Below are positions 27,050 through 39,823 of a stretch of DNA of 53,646 bases, piece after piece. A model generated the notes under the pieces. That model was not told the origin of the DNA and searched no databases. It saw only the letters and a program-made list of their open reading frames with translations. The stretch comes from Bigelowiella natans CCMP2755 (Eukaryota > Protista > Cercozoa). Within the stretch, counting starts at the first letter, position 1. Each line of letters begins with the position of its first letter. The stretch covers positions 1-53,646 of the forward strand of contig ADNK01002860.1 in assembly GCA_000320545.1 (NCBI GenBank), written 5' to 3'. A program made the position numbers and the translations under genes.

Positions 27050-28560
27050 TTCATTGCATCCGTCTTGCTACGCATGCTGCACACATAACACCACACCACA
27101 TTGAACAGGCAAGTTTAACACAACATTGATGGGCTTTTGGGCGTACTGTCTGTACGCACGCGCATCGCAATGCATGCAACACTAGACTGTGTCCATGCAC
27201 GCGTGCCACAAATCGACAAATAGCCACATGTGCGTCTAGCGCAGCGAGTTCAGCAGCTTTGTTTGCTGCGAGGCAGCAAACAAAAGTCTCGAAATTCAAA
27301 TGATCACTCTTCCGGCTCCCTGAGAGCACTGAGTTGTCTAGCTGTGTCCACGCAATCGTCAGCCACATGAAGCGTTTCAATGGACGCAGCATTTGGGGGC
27401 GGTGAAACCACACATGACATTGTGCGAAATGGTCAATTGTGCTGACTTTGATGTTCTCCACAAGCACTAGAAGCAAAGCAAAAGCCGAACCAAAGTTCGC
27501 CAGGTTATGCCAGTGTGCTGGCAGGGCGCAATGCGCACCGTGCGGGACATTGCTAGGCGTTGTGCTCCAAAGCCAGAAAGGGCATCCAAAATTGCCATCT
27601 GCAGCCGCAGCATCATGTGATCATGCCGCCGCATGTGATGTGCCAGTGTGAACATTTTCGACAGACATGCTGCAACATGATGCACGTGTCAAGGTGCACA
27701 CTTTGATCAGCTTGACGTCCATCACGCAAGACCACGAGCTAGCGAGTGTCACATGGACTTGTGAGTCCCCACTGCGTGTGCATGCTGTCTGTGACATGCG
27801 TGCATCGATCGACCACTTCACACGTGCCTTTGACTTCACATGCAGCACAAATCAGCGCACACACGAACACGTGCATCCATGCATGCAGCACACGTGCCGT
27901 GATCTGTTTGGTGCGTGTGTGGATGTGAAAAGGGCACACATGCATTTTTCAGTGCACACAAAGCAATGGGTGTGCACACGTCTTTTCACTTTCTAGCTTT
28001 CATGCACGTGCACGCATGTGGACTCATGAGTCCCCATGGTGTGCTTCGCCAATTCATTTTCGATGACTGCTAGACTGCATCGTGCATGCCTTGACTGGGT
28101 TTGTTGACGCACCCATGGCTAGCTCTGGAGCTAGCTAGCTAGGCACGTTGGCACGTGCAATCGTGTGAAAAATTTCCGGCATGCGTCTCACACAAGGTCA
28201 CACTCATTGTCTGGTCGCATGGGTCCACCCGAGCACGCAAAACCCAGCACTGGTTTTGCACGCAACAGCAAGGCTAGAAGGGCGGCTGGCTCTCGCTACA
28301 GCTCGATCGATCCCTCACGTCACGCACTGTCGTTCGACTGCAGCGCTAGATCGCCACGAACAAGATGAGTGAAGACGTCTTTTGCGGGATCGGGGAATGA
28401 AATGCTGGGTTTGCGAAGCAATCTCCAAGGCAACTGCAGTTGCAGACAGCTTCATGACTGGCTAGTAGCTGGAAACGTGCAAAGAAGAGGGTGCGATCCA
28501 CATCCCACAAATCGACGAACAAGAACAAGAACCAGAACAAGAACAAGAACCAGAACAAGA
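27050..28560. other. TpA-depleted intergenic tract with degenerate repeats
   Basis: About 16 TpA in 27241-28560, 13 of them in CTAG. Internal 21-bp repeat at 27751-27771 and 28016-28036. Confidence 0.85.
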
Positions 28561-28679
28561 ACAATGATGACGAACTACATTTCCAAAATGATGAAATCAC
28601 GTCATCCCATGAAACGTCAACACATTAATGTTTTTAACGTACCACATTTCGTCGATTTGTGGGATGTGGATCGCACCCT
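28488..28679. mobile_element. MITE-like element, 192 bp, perfect 32-bp terminal inverted repeats
   Basis: agggtgcgatccacatcccacaaatcgacgaa (28488-28519) is the exact reverse complement of 28648-28679. Internal (AGAACA/C)n array. No clear TSD. Confidence 0.85.
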
Positions 28680-28883
28680 AGGTGCACACACACGAGGGAA
28701 TCCCTCTCTCTAGCTCTATTGGTTCAAACTTGATGTCGCACTCAAAAAATGGCATGTGTCGCCATGGTCGTCATTCGAATTTGAATTCAAATTTTTGCAA
28801 GACCTTGGTGTGGGTGGAGACTCCCCCCCTCCCCTCCCTCCCTCACTCGCATACATCTTGCATATATCCCTCATTTCTCCTCC

Positions 28884-29630
28884 ATGTCCATATATGGACA
28901 CCATTCCAAAGAAGAGTGGCAGCCTACAGGCAGCAGCCATCCGAACGCCACCCCGGCTACCGGTGTTGTTGGGAATGAGGGTCAGGACGCAAGGGAGGAA
29001 AAAGCACCGCTTATTAGTGCAAAAGATAAGAAATCTTCTACATACCTATATGGTGACAGTTATGACCCGCCGACCATGGAGGAAGTGCCCGAATTCGAAG
29101 GAAAAGTGCGCAAAAGCCTCATAGTTGTCCATGAAACTGATATAAGGAAGGAAGAAAAAATCGGTGAAGGACAGTTTGCGGTAGCATGGAGAGCAGTCAG
29201 ACTCAATGATCAACAAGGAGAGGCCGTTGCATGGAAAATACCGATAACATATTCTACGGAAGAGTATGATGAGATAACTTCACTAAACGATGTTGCAAAT
29301 GTACAATTTGAGTGCGATGATGATGACATTGTAAAAAAACTTACAATTTGAGTGTGATGGTAGTGATATTGTAAAAACATGTTCGGTGGTGGTGATATTT
29401 TAAAAATATGTCGATAGATACATGCGAGAAATGATGGGGCTGTACATGGCGCAAGGGACAGAAGAACATAATAAGGTATGATAAAAGTATCTGTAGCAAG
29501 CAGAGAAGAATATGATGAGGTATGATAAAAATAACTGTACCAGTTGAAAATGGATGTTATCAAGCTTACTCATAGTTATGATCCCCTTCTTCTTCTTCTT
29601 CTTCTTCTTCTTCTTCTTCTTCTTCTTCTT

Positions 29631-29661
<31 letters not shown>

Positions 29662-31621
29662 GTTCTCAACAACTTCTTCCCATCAGATTCATCGGAATAG
29701 TGATCGACACAAATGGAGTTCAAAGCTTTTTATCTGAGTACTGCTCTTTAGGCAGTGTCGCAGATCTGCAGAAGACGAGAGAAAATGGGAAACGCATCTT
29801 GATGGAAAAGTTTTGGGACATTGCCAAAGGCCTCTTTCTTGGATTGAGTCATCTACATGCAAATGGGCTTGTTCACCGTGACATCTCGTATGACAATCTA
29901 CAGGATCATTCATTCACATACAACCTTTTTGTATTTTCTTCAAACTTCCTAATAGCTCTCTACGTACGAGAAGCTGTATGAGTTAAGATGGTATCGTAGA
30001 CTTTTATGTGCAGGACTTTATTCATTAGCTTTGCCACCACCACCATCTAAATCCTCGTGCAATGTGCAATGACATAAATAAATTCGTGATCAGATGCCGC
30101 AATATCCTCATTACTTCGAATTGGGAAGTAAGAATAAGCGACTTCGGCCTCACGGAACGGATGATCAATGGTGTTTATGTGCAGCATTTTCCCGGTTTAA
30201 TTCCCTGGCCTTGGTTGTCACCAGATGCGTTACGAAAACGACGTTTCACATCCAAGTCTGACACATGGGCGGCAGGTGTAGCTATGTGGGAGATCTTACA
30301 TGAGGGCAGAAGGCCATACTCTGATAGTGATGGCAAATGGCCAAAGAGTTCAATGGAAATGCAAAAAGATCTCGCCGAAGGACGCCTATCACTCAGAATC
30401 GACCACAAACAGGCATCAGATCTTGGTGGTGTTGGTGATGATGATGGTGATGATTTTAAGAAGAAAGTTGACTTCGTAAATCATCTGCTTACCCCATCAC
30501 AACATAAGCTAGTTAAGGGCATTGCGACTATCAAAAACATCGCACAAGCTGCTGCTGCAGGGTGAGGAGGAACAAGTCAATTTAGTTGTTTTGAGACAAG
30601 TTGACTCCCCATTACAACCACTACTACTACCACTACCACTACTACTACTACTATCACTACCACTAATACTCCTACTACTACTACTACTACTACCACTACC
30701 ACTACCACTAATACTACTACTACTACTACTACCACTACCACTACTAGTACTACTAGTGCTACTACCACTACCACTAATACTACTACTACCACTACCACTA
30801 CTAGTACTACCAGTGCCACTACCACTACTACTACCACGATTTTTCCTTCTTTTATTTCCATCTAACCGAACGCAACAATAACAAACAACAGAGATCTAGA
30901 AAGAGGCGGTCCTTCATCAAATAGTGGAGTTGAAAGCTCTTCGTGGAGGGTGTTGATGAGGCTCATTCCTAACGGACGGCAAGCCATTCAAGAGCATGGG
31001 TCTGAAGCGATGAAACAGAAGCTGAAACAGGTGGTATATAATAAAGTACTAAATCAAACAAAAACAATGTAGATTATTATAAAACACGAATTGACCGAAC
31101 AGACCGTGAGGTGATGCATACCAGCACCGAGTTTGGTTGCTCTATGAAATGGGATGGGGAGTTATTCTAAGTTGTGGAGCAGCAGCAGCAGCAGTGCCCT
31201 TATAGCCAACAAATAATAGAATAGAACCGCACATTGCACTGCCATCATAGTTACTAACATACTTAATACATAATGTCGTTTTTTTTAACATTAGGTAATA
31301 GAAGGAGAAGGCGCATGCTGTTTATGTGTCCCAAAGTGGTTCTTTAATCCGAAAAGCGCTTACCAAAGAGGGAATGCAGCGCTGTTTTATCTGATCATTC
31401 TGTCAACATTATCAATAGTCATCGCTATCACCTCTGCACTAGCTTCCGAATTCGAAACTGGTGGCTTCACATTCTTAACAAAGTCCTCGTATAAGGCAAA
31501 TGGAGAGCTCACTTTGGCAGGGGTATTTCATGTGGTAGTATGGGCTACGTACGCCTTGATGTTTTGTACTTTCTTGTTCTGCATCTTCGCTCTGGGAATG
31601 AAACCCCATCACTGTGACTAA
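28884..31621 (+). CDS. Tyrosine-kinase-type protein kinase with two C-terminal TM helices; exon-2 frame anomaly
   Basis: IGEGQFAVAW...VAWK (exon 1), NIIR|FIGIV...EYCSLGS...HRDIS|CRNIL...DFGL...PWPWLSPDAL...FTSKSDTWAAGVAMWEI (29687-29887, 30094-30561), exon 30892-31030, and last exon 31295-31621 with two hydrophobic helices. Confidence 0.85.
30610..30840. repeat. (CTA/CCA)n low-complexity intronic array in the kinase gene
   Basis: Directly visible degenerate ACT/ACC trinucleotide array. Confidence 0.9.
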
Positions 31622-31799
31622 GAGGAAATTTGGGAATAGTGAGTACGTCATGTATGTAAATGGAAAAAAAATATTTTTAACGTGGAGGTAAGGTAGTTTG
31701 TTCCGAGCCTAAAAAGAGCTGGCAAGTAGTAGTCGAAATCCTCATGTAGCTTGGTGGAAACGTAACTTCCTACGGTTATTCACATCATGTTGCTTCATC

Positions 31800-32800
31800 A
31801 TCACCGATCTGCTATAACGCGAAGCAGTATAGCAGTACACATGGGCGATAAATACGAGTAGTACTAGGTGTATACTACATTGCGTATGTTCTGCTTGAAT
31901 TCACTATGGTGTCGGACTCACAATAAGCGCATCGTCAATGCCGTACGACGTAAAAGATGTACATGCTGCTGGGCTGCTGCTTGTACCTGCGGCTAGCTGG
32001 GGGCTGCAGGCAATAAGTAGTCTAAAAGTAGGTCAGAGCGTGGAGGCATGTATGCAGTACCATGCTACCCATGCCATACTATGCACTAGCATAAGGCGAT
32101 GTCAGCAGTCGTCGTGCCAATGATGTTGTGCAATTAGTGTGAAGACTATGTGTACGCTATGTGCTGTACGACACGCATCGCATGCCCAGTCGTAGTGGCC
32201 CTGTCATCTTCAAATTCATGAAATTGCTTCTTTCATAAGGCACGTACAATTGACCAACGCAAAGCCTAGATAGAAGCACGAAATGTCAAATAAGCAGGCA
32301 GCAACAGCACCTGCTAACCGGATCGAACAATGACGACGCGCATTGTGCATCATCATGCATGCTAGCATGGCATGCTGCTAGCAGGTCTAGCTAGCTAGCT
32401 GTGGATGTCTAGATTTTGCGGTGAGCTCATTTGGCATGTGCATGCGCGTGCTGTGTGATCGCGAAGCATCAGTCTACAGCTAGCAGTTTGCAATGAAGTA
32501 AGCTGCTTTAGATTGTGACTGTGCACAAGCTAGTGAGCAAGCGCACGATGAGTCCATCACCTAGATAGCTAGCATTCACACGCTACGGCCATAGCATGGC
32601 ATCTTCAGGAAGTAATGACTGCTGCAACAATGACATTCACATAATGTTGCTGCATCAGCGGGCACAGAACGTGAAAATATGCTTCATGGTGGCTTGGCCT
32701 GGTTGGTGAATGGTCGCAGCATGTGCACGAACAAATGCACACGGTTTTTTGTGAAACAGTGAAGCAGATTATAATAATTAATATTATTTCAGCCTCCAAC
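31800..32800. other. TG/CA/CTAG-enriched tract between convergent kinase (+) and ankyrin (-) genes
   Basis: All 6 TpA in 32341-32460 are CTAG; partial depletion elsewhere. Confidence 0.7.
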
Positions 32801-32910
32801 ACAATGATGCTTCATGATGCATACTCAATGCTTTCGTCTGGTTGCTCTTACTCTACGGTGATGAGCGAGCATTCGATTAAAAAAATATCAAATGAAGAAG
32901 AACTCCATCA

Positions 32911-34305
32911 TCAAAATTTGCCTTTGAATAAGGCTGGAGGCCCTGAATCGTACGTTGAGAGCCTACTAAACGCCATGGGACTAGTATTCCTTTTCTGTTT
33001 GCTTCTGCCTCCTAAAGGCTGCATACTAGTTCTACGACTGCTCATCCTGCTGCGACCTACGATGATATGGGAGGGGAAACAACGGTGCGTGGGAGATTAT
33101 TACGTTAATAATATGTTGTTAATGAATTATTATGTTATTCATTAATTAGCAGCAGCGTTTCATTCAGATACTCAACTCAAAAAGGCCAACATTTCAATCA
33201 TGGTAGCCAGCATCAAATCACATCAAATCACATACACTAGAAAGAGAAGACTACTCACCACTCCGTGAGGATGATAAGACGGACCGATTAGTTCTGTTTC
33301 CGGCTGTAGATCTACCACTCGAATCTACTTATCATCAAAGGATGCAGCAGAAGTACATTATTTCATTCACAAAGAAGAGAGACCAGGCTCAGACTTGATG
33401 TAGTACTACTTGTAGATCAGCTAGCGACTGACGAATGGTTGTTGATACCTACCTCTGCCGTATTTGTACTTGGAAGAGGAAGAACGTGAAGTGGATGGGG
33501 AAGTAAACATCCTAATCATCCTCCTCCTGGAGCTACTGGGAGGTGCTGTCCTCCTATTACTACTTAGTACTGTGGAATTTTTAAGATCCCGTTTACCCTC
33601 TTTCACGCTAAGTGTGATCAGATACCTCATCAATGTAATATAAATTATAAAATACTAAATAAATAAAACAGTTTAAATGAACATGTCTACTATGCATATT
33701 CGTACAATATATAATTTGTATGCGAAGCAAAGATTTTCCCCATCCTATTGCACACTGCATGCTGAATACATTATTTGTGAGGGGGTTGTAAAATCGTATA
33801 AAATAGAAGATGCTTGATTCCATCGAAATAGGAGAAGAAAGCACCCGACCGCTCTATTTCCCTGCGCATGTTGGCTTCGTTGATGACCCCATTCGTTTCC
33901 TTGAAAACGACGTAAAGTCAGAGACTTATTTCTATCGCTGCAGCATGATGTTCGGAGTAACAAACGGCGTGGAAAAAAATAGCACCACACACACTCACAC
34001 ACACACACACACACACATTCTCACACGCACAAACTCATGTTTTACACATGATACGTGATTTGAGGAGAATTATTTAATCAATGGATATGAGTTAATCACC
34101 GTAGTATTCCTCTTGAGCCCCTTCTCTGTCCCCCTCTCTTCGTTTCATAACAGATGTTCCCGTATGTTGTATCATAAATGCGTTAGAAGCAATATCGTCT
34201 TGCCCTAACTCGACTATGCTTCTCATGATATACTGCTACGATTACTACTACTACTACTACTACCACTACCACTACCACTACTACTATCATTGGCAATAGA
34301 CAACT

Positions 34306-34340
<35 letters not shown>

Positions 34341-34714
34341 TATCATGAACATGATGTTAGTGGTCAACATACTGTTGATGATCCTCATTCAGTTTTCCTC
34401 TAATAGTCTCTTTTTCCTCCTCCTCCTCCTCCTTCTCTTCCTTGCCCTCTCCCTTCTCCTCCTCTTCCTTCTGCAAGCATTTCTTCCTGAATTTTTTCTC
34501 AAAAGCCGCTAGGTCCCCTCTCCCCCCCCCTGCGAACGAGCGACCAGAATCTTTACACCCCCCTCTCATTGACGACGCACCAGTTAAAGGTCGTCGTCCT
34601 GTGGTCACACCACTCTTTGGAGAAGTAGGGAAATTCAGCACGGAGAGGGGGATTGCCGCTGCTGAATCAGGCAGAGAAGCAGTAATATCTCTTCGACTAT
34701 TATCTGATGGAAAC

Positions 34715-34762
<48 letters not shown>

Positions 34763-35339
34763 ATAACGAGAAGGCCTTTATCATTATGATCCATCATCAT
34801 CGTCATCACAAGTGCGTAAGACTGCGACGACTCTCTAATCGTGAAAGTGCTTGCATGGTGGTATGTATCATCTGAGCAGGAGCTCTTGCCTCCTTTCCTT
34901 GCTTTGTTGGAAGTAGTAGTAGTAGTAATAAGTAGTAGTAGTAGTACCGATGGGGACTTGACACATGATTCTAGGAGTCTCTGTTGGCGTTTGAGAGAAT
35001 ATCAGACGATGAGTATCCCGCCCAGGTGCCAAGGGGTAGCTGATTCCATCTGTGTATATCTACAAGGAGGAGGGGGAGGAGGAGGAGGAGGAGGAGGAGG
35101 AGGAGGAGGCACAAAAGCATGATGATCATGATGATGCTGATGATGATGATAATGATTGCAGCACTTGGCGGATAATTCCAACACTCTCGTGCATACAATA
35201 CCGTTATATGTATGTATCTTATTTTATGGTAGTAGTAGTATCTGAATTGTGATTCTGGTGATTTGTTTACACATATGGACAGGGGTCGACACTACCCACG
35301 TCGTACACATACACGGCTACAGTGCTGCACAGGTATTCT

Positions 35340-35371
<32 letters not shown>

Positions 35372-35484
35372 GGTACTACATTTCGAGATTTGCGAATTCT
35401 GTGATGTAGGGAGGGGGCGACAGTCGGCAAAGTCCCTCTTGTCCCATCTAGCCCCTGCATCACAGACACACAATGTGTATATTA

Positions 35485-35521
<37 letters not shown>

Positions 35522-36112
35522 CGAATATGGATTTCATCATCATCGTCGTCACCGCCATCATCACAAAAGATCGCGAAAGCAAAGGTACTACATTCTTTAT
35601 GGTGATAGATAGCTGCGAAAGCGTGTTGTTTTCTGAGCGTGTTGCCACTGCACCAACCGTCAGTCCTCCTAATGGCGGTGCCCCGTGCAACCCCATCTTG
35701 TACCGAGTCGATTGTGCCTTAACACAGCCAACATACAACACAAAATACAACACCATACGATGATTATGATGATGATGATAATGTGGCTATTGAGGCAAGA
35801 AAACTTACTTTCTTCTGTGTTACGTTTATTTGTATCTTATTCTCGTAAGTAGTAGTAGTAGTTGTTGTTGTAGTTGTAGTACATACAGCGGTTGGTTTGC
35901 CTTTTCCTTTGCGGCCTCCATGCTTGCGAAGATACTGTATTATCTAAAGGAGAAAACACAGCAGCAGCATCGGTCATTGGTCAACCAATGAGGATGGTGA
36001 TGATGATGATGATGATGATGATGATGACAAGGCGTCGAGATACACTACGTCGCACTATTACTACTACTACTACTACTACTAATATCACTTCTACTCCCTA
36101 CTCCTACTACTG

Positions 36113-36152
<40 letters not shown>

Positions 36153-37553
36153 CTTAGGATGGCCAGTTGAAAAATGCATTGCGCACATACCGCCCCTAGT
36201 TCTGCAGCATAAAACTAAAAATTAAACATTTCAAAACATACAACGTACTAGCATGAAAGGGGGGGGAATGGAGTTAGGGTGCGAGAACGATTGTGTACCG
36301 TGCGTTGACATTTGCTTTGTACTCTACGAGGAACTTCACCGACTCGAAATGACCCCTTAGAAGGTTATATTTGTTAGTTTGATGGTTTTCTTAATGATGA
36401 TGAAGATGGTGATGATGGTGATGAAGGATGAGAACAAACAACAACAAAAAATTAGAGATAATTCCTATCCTAGCATTAAAGCTCTCTCCCACTTGCCCTT
36501 TCTCTACCAAAATTCAGTAGCAGGAGCAGAATACGTTTGTCTAGTCATTTCACATGACACTATTATTCAGAGTATCAGATTCATAAATAATGTCAGCTTC
36601 CCTTGAATTCGTGTGAATACACACACACACACTCACACACATACTATAGGCTGCTGTTACCCCCAACAAGCCCTCATGAGAGCGTTTCCTCCGTATTGGT
36701 CTCTAGGGTGGGAGATATTGATCCACGAGTAGGAGGGGGAGGAGGAGGAAGAAGAGGAAGAGAAGTTGGGGCCTGAACCCTCTCTTGGCGGTCTTCTTCT
36801 AACCTTTGGCTTTGACGGTAGGGGGGGGGCATATGGAGAAGGCCTTTTATGTTTCGGCGGCCGTGAAGAAGGCTTAAACGTTGTAGTAGGAGTAGTGGCT
36901 CGAGATGGCACTTGAAACGGTGGTTTCTTTTTCGCGGGAAGGAGCGATTTGAGACCCTATATATTTGGTGATGAGTAGCACCACCACCACCACCACCAGC
37001 AGCAGCAGCAGGGTATTAACAACCGCAAAGACAACGGAGATTGATCCATTCTTTATTTGCCCGTTGTAGCGAGGAGAAGAAGAGTATGATAATGATAATA
37101 AGGGTTTCTTATCATAGTAGTCTTCTTCTTCTTCCTCTTACAATTACTACTACTACTACTACTACTACTACAACCTCTAGATCGCCGTTTTCAGCGTACT
37201 TGCAAAGAGTCTCAACTTGATGATTGCGCTGCTCATCTTGTGAGGCTGATGTTATTGTAGTAGGATATATCAAAAATAGATACTTAACATCACCAGGGTG
37301 ATGGCAAATTGGAGAGAAATGGCAAAAGAGTGGCGGTGGATCTCTTAGGCGTCAGGAAGGAAATAGACCCCGCAGTTAAATTCATTTGTACACTGCGCAT
37401 TTGGTAGTAATCATGTTAGTAATGAAGATGAAGAAACACATTATTATATTATGTTACCTTTTAGTTCCAGCTCCTTCCGTTTCCGAGAGTTTGGTCCGTA
37501 TATCTTCCTCGCATCATACTTATCATTCTTTGGGGGCTGCTTTTTGAAGAAAT

Positions 37554-37595
<42 letters not shown>

Positions 37596-38122
37596 ATCAT
37601 CACACATATAGTGCTACCAAGCAGAACGCCGCGGATTGATAACTATGGATGGGAGAACAATTGAATATGGGAGGGGGGGCATATACATCCATGAGAAACA
37701 TGCTGATGAATAGAAAGTCGGGAAGGGAGTGTGGGGGAAGGAGACTTTTAAAGGCTTTTATCGGTGCGTGCATGACACATACTGTTGCGATGGTCAATGA
37801 GCCGACGAAGCTTCTTTTCGCACTTCGCAACGTGGTCGACATAGCCTTCAATAATATAGCAGCAGCTTAGCACCACCACCACCACCTTTATCCGCTCGCC
37901 ATCCCCATTAAACACCAAAAAAGCCTATAATTTCAAAGGGAAAGTTGCACCAAAACAGCAACTACCAGCCGATACCACCTGCTGTTATACTTTTCGCAAT
38001 CCAATAAGTGTGTACGCATGTATTGCTACTACTTACTTACTACCGGGTGAAAGAACTTCCCCTTTACAGATATAGCATTTCCTGAATGGACAACCAAAAG
38101 GGCACAAGAAACATCAACTCCA

Positions 38123-38154
<32 letters not shown>

Positions 38155-39279
38155 ATCATCTGTGCATTTGCGTGTTGATAGTATGTCTGCCTTCAATCAG
38201 CTGATATGCTTGTATTTGGTGGTAGTATTGATAATGCCTCAACTTTGTTTCGAATGCTTTGGGCTCCTCTACTTCCTGGTTGGTATGGACGGTGCATACG
38301 CGTTAATATTACCGCAAGAAGAAGAGGAAGAAGCGGAAACCACAACTAATGTGTGCTAGGCAAAATGCAAAAATTCTGAATGTATCGATCACCAACAGGA
38401 ATGATGAAAATATGGATATATGAAGAGCTTTTTGCATCGTCATCATCATCATCATCATCATCATCATAATTATCATCATCATAGTGATGGTGACACTGGA
38501 TGAAAGAGACAAGTAGTCATCATTAAAACGATGTTTACCCAATGTTCTGCCCCTTTGAGTAACTGGTGATGGATGATGTTGATGATGAAGACGACGACGA
38601 TGATGATAATCCCATTTGTACGAATAAATGAAAATAATACTTATTAGAATATTGCATGTTCCCCAAAATGAGCCAATCGTCCATGAGAATGATGATTGTT
38701 AAGATTATTATCGAAAGCAAGATAAATATTGAGATGTCTGTTTCCAAGAATTATGAACTACATAAATTCTAAAATGACGGGGGACAATCACAACGGGAAA
38801 CGATGAATGAATGGCTTACTAATTTCTGAACGCATTGGTTCCGATGAAATAGAAACCCATTGAGCAGAAACCTGATGATGATCCATCCAACAGTAGTAGC
38901 ACTCCGTTATTTCTTGATGATGATGATGATGATGATGATGATGACGATGACGATGCGACTGTATGTCGTCACATCAGCACGAAGATGTTTTTTTGTTGTC
39001 TTAAGTTATTTCTTCCGGGGATGTATGTAGAGACAAACAAGTTTATGCTTACTTCTTGCTACAGAGATCACACTCAACGAGAAACCCACGATCGTCAACC
39101 TGTATCACCATTCATCGTCAATTGCCGTTGCTCAAAATTTATATGTTCTTGGTCTTTTTGGATTTTGTAAAAGGATAAACCTTGGACTTTCGTTTGCCCT
39201 TTTTCAGTTCTTTCACTTCTGGGGTCATGCATCCGGACAGGTTCGCTCCATAGTCGAAAGAGGCGTAGATGGCCTCCAT
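32911..39279 (-). CDS. Multi-exon ankyrin-repeat protein with Pro/Ser-rich low-complexity regions; start and internal exons uncertain
   Basis: Ankyrin exons RDQYGGNALMRACW (~36660-36705), GHFESVKFLVEYKANVNAR (~36299-36356), IIQYLRKHGG (~35890-35945). Further open exons at ~34480-34710 and ~33450-33625. Last exon ...SGPPALFKGKF* ends at 32911. Putative first exon MEAIYASFDYG...KSK|gt. Confidence 0.55.
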
Positions 39280-39823
39280 TCTCAGAAGTTGACTCTGCGA
39301 ATCACTTTCTTCTTGATAATTTCTTTTTCAACAAGCCGATACGAAGTAAGCTCCCTTATATTTTCCTGTCCTCGTCATGGTCGTCGCGTCGTTGTCTTGA
39401 TCTTGATCGTTACGATTAGAATCTCCATCGCATGTCTGTTATCATTCTTCCATTGCCGACGAGGCCTAACGGCAAGAATGAAAGGAGAAAACGAATGCGG
39501 ATTTACACTAAGATAACCATTTTTTCCCTGTCGCTTATCGCAAATGACATATTTTCTACATCGAAAAATTGGGAAGTATTTCATCCTTACAACATCCGGT
39601 CTAGGAATAAAAAAGTTTTTAATGCAACGCACATCCGTGTACAATGGCATTTTATGATAACGACAAGAAATGATAGATTGTCTCACCATCAAAAAGAAAC
39701 TGCTATCATTTATTGTGGCGCTCTAAGAGAACGACAACCTTATTATCTTGACGCAATTCGTCGGTATAGGAAGGCTACAAGACCACAAAAGGAAGCGCAC
39801 GCACGTTCCAACCAATTCCAATC

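Noticed and set aside
27236-27284. 12-bp hairpin (27258-27284) near CTAG as a Helitron 3' end
   Set aside because: The spacing is 18 nt, the minus-strand base after CTAG is not T, and CTAG is frequent in this tract anyway.
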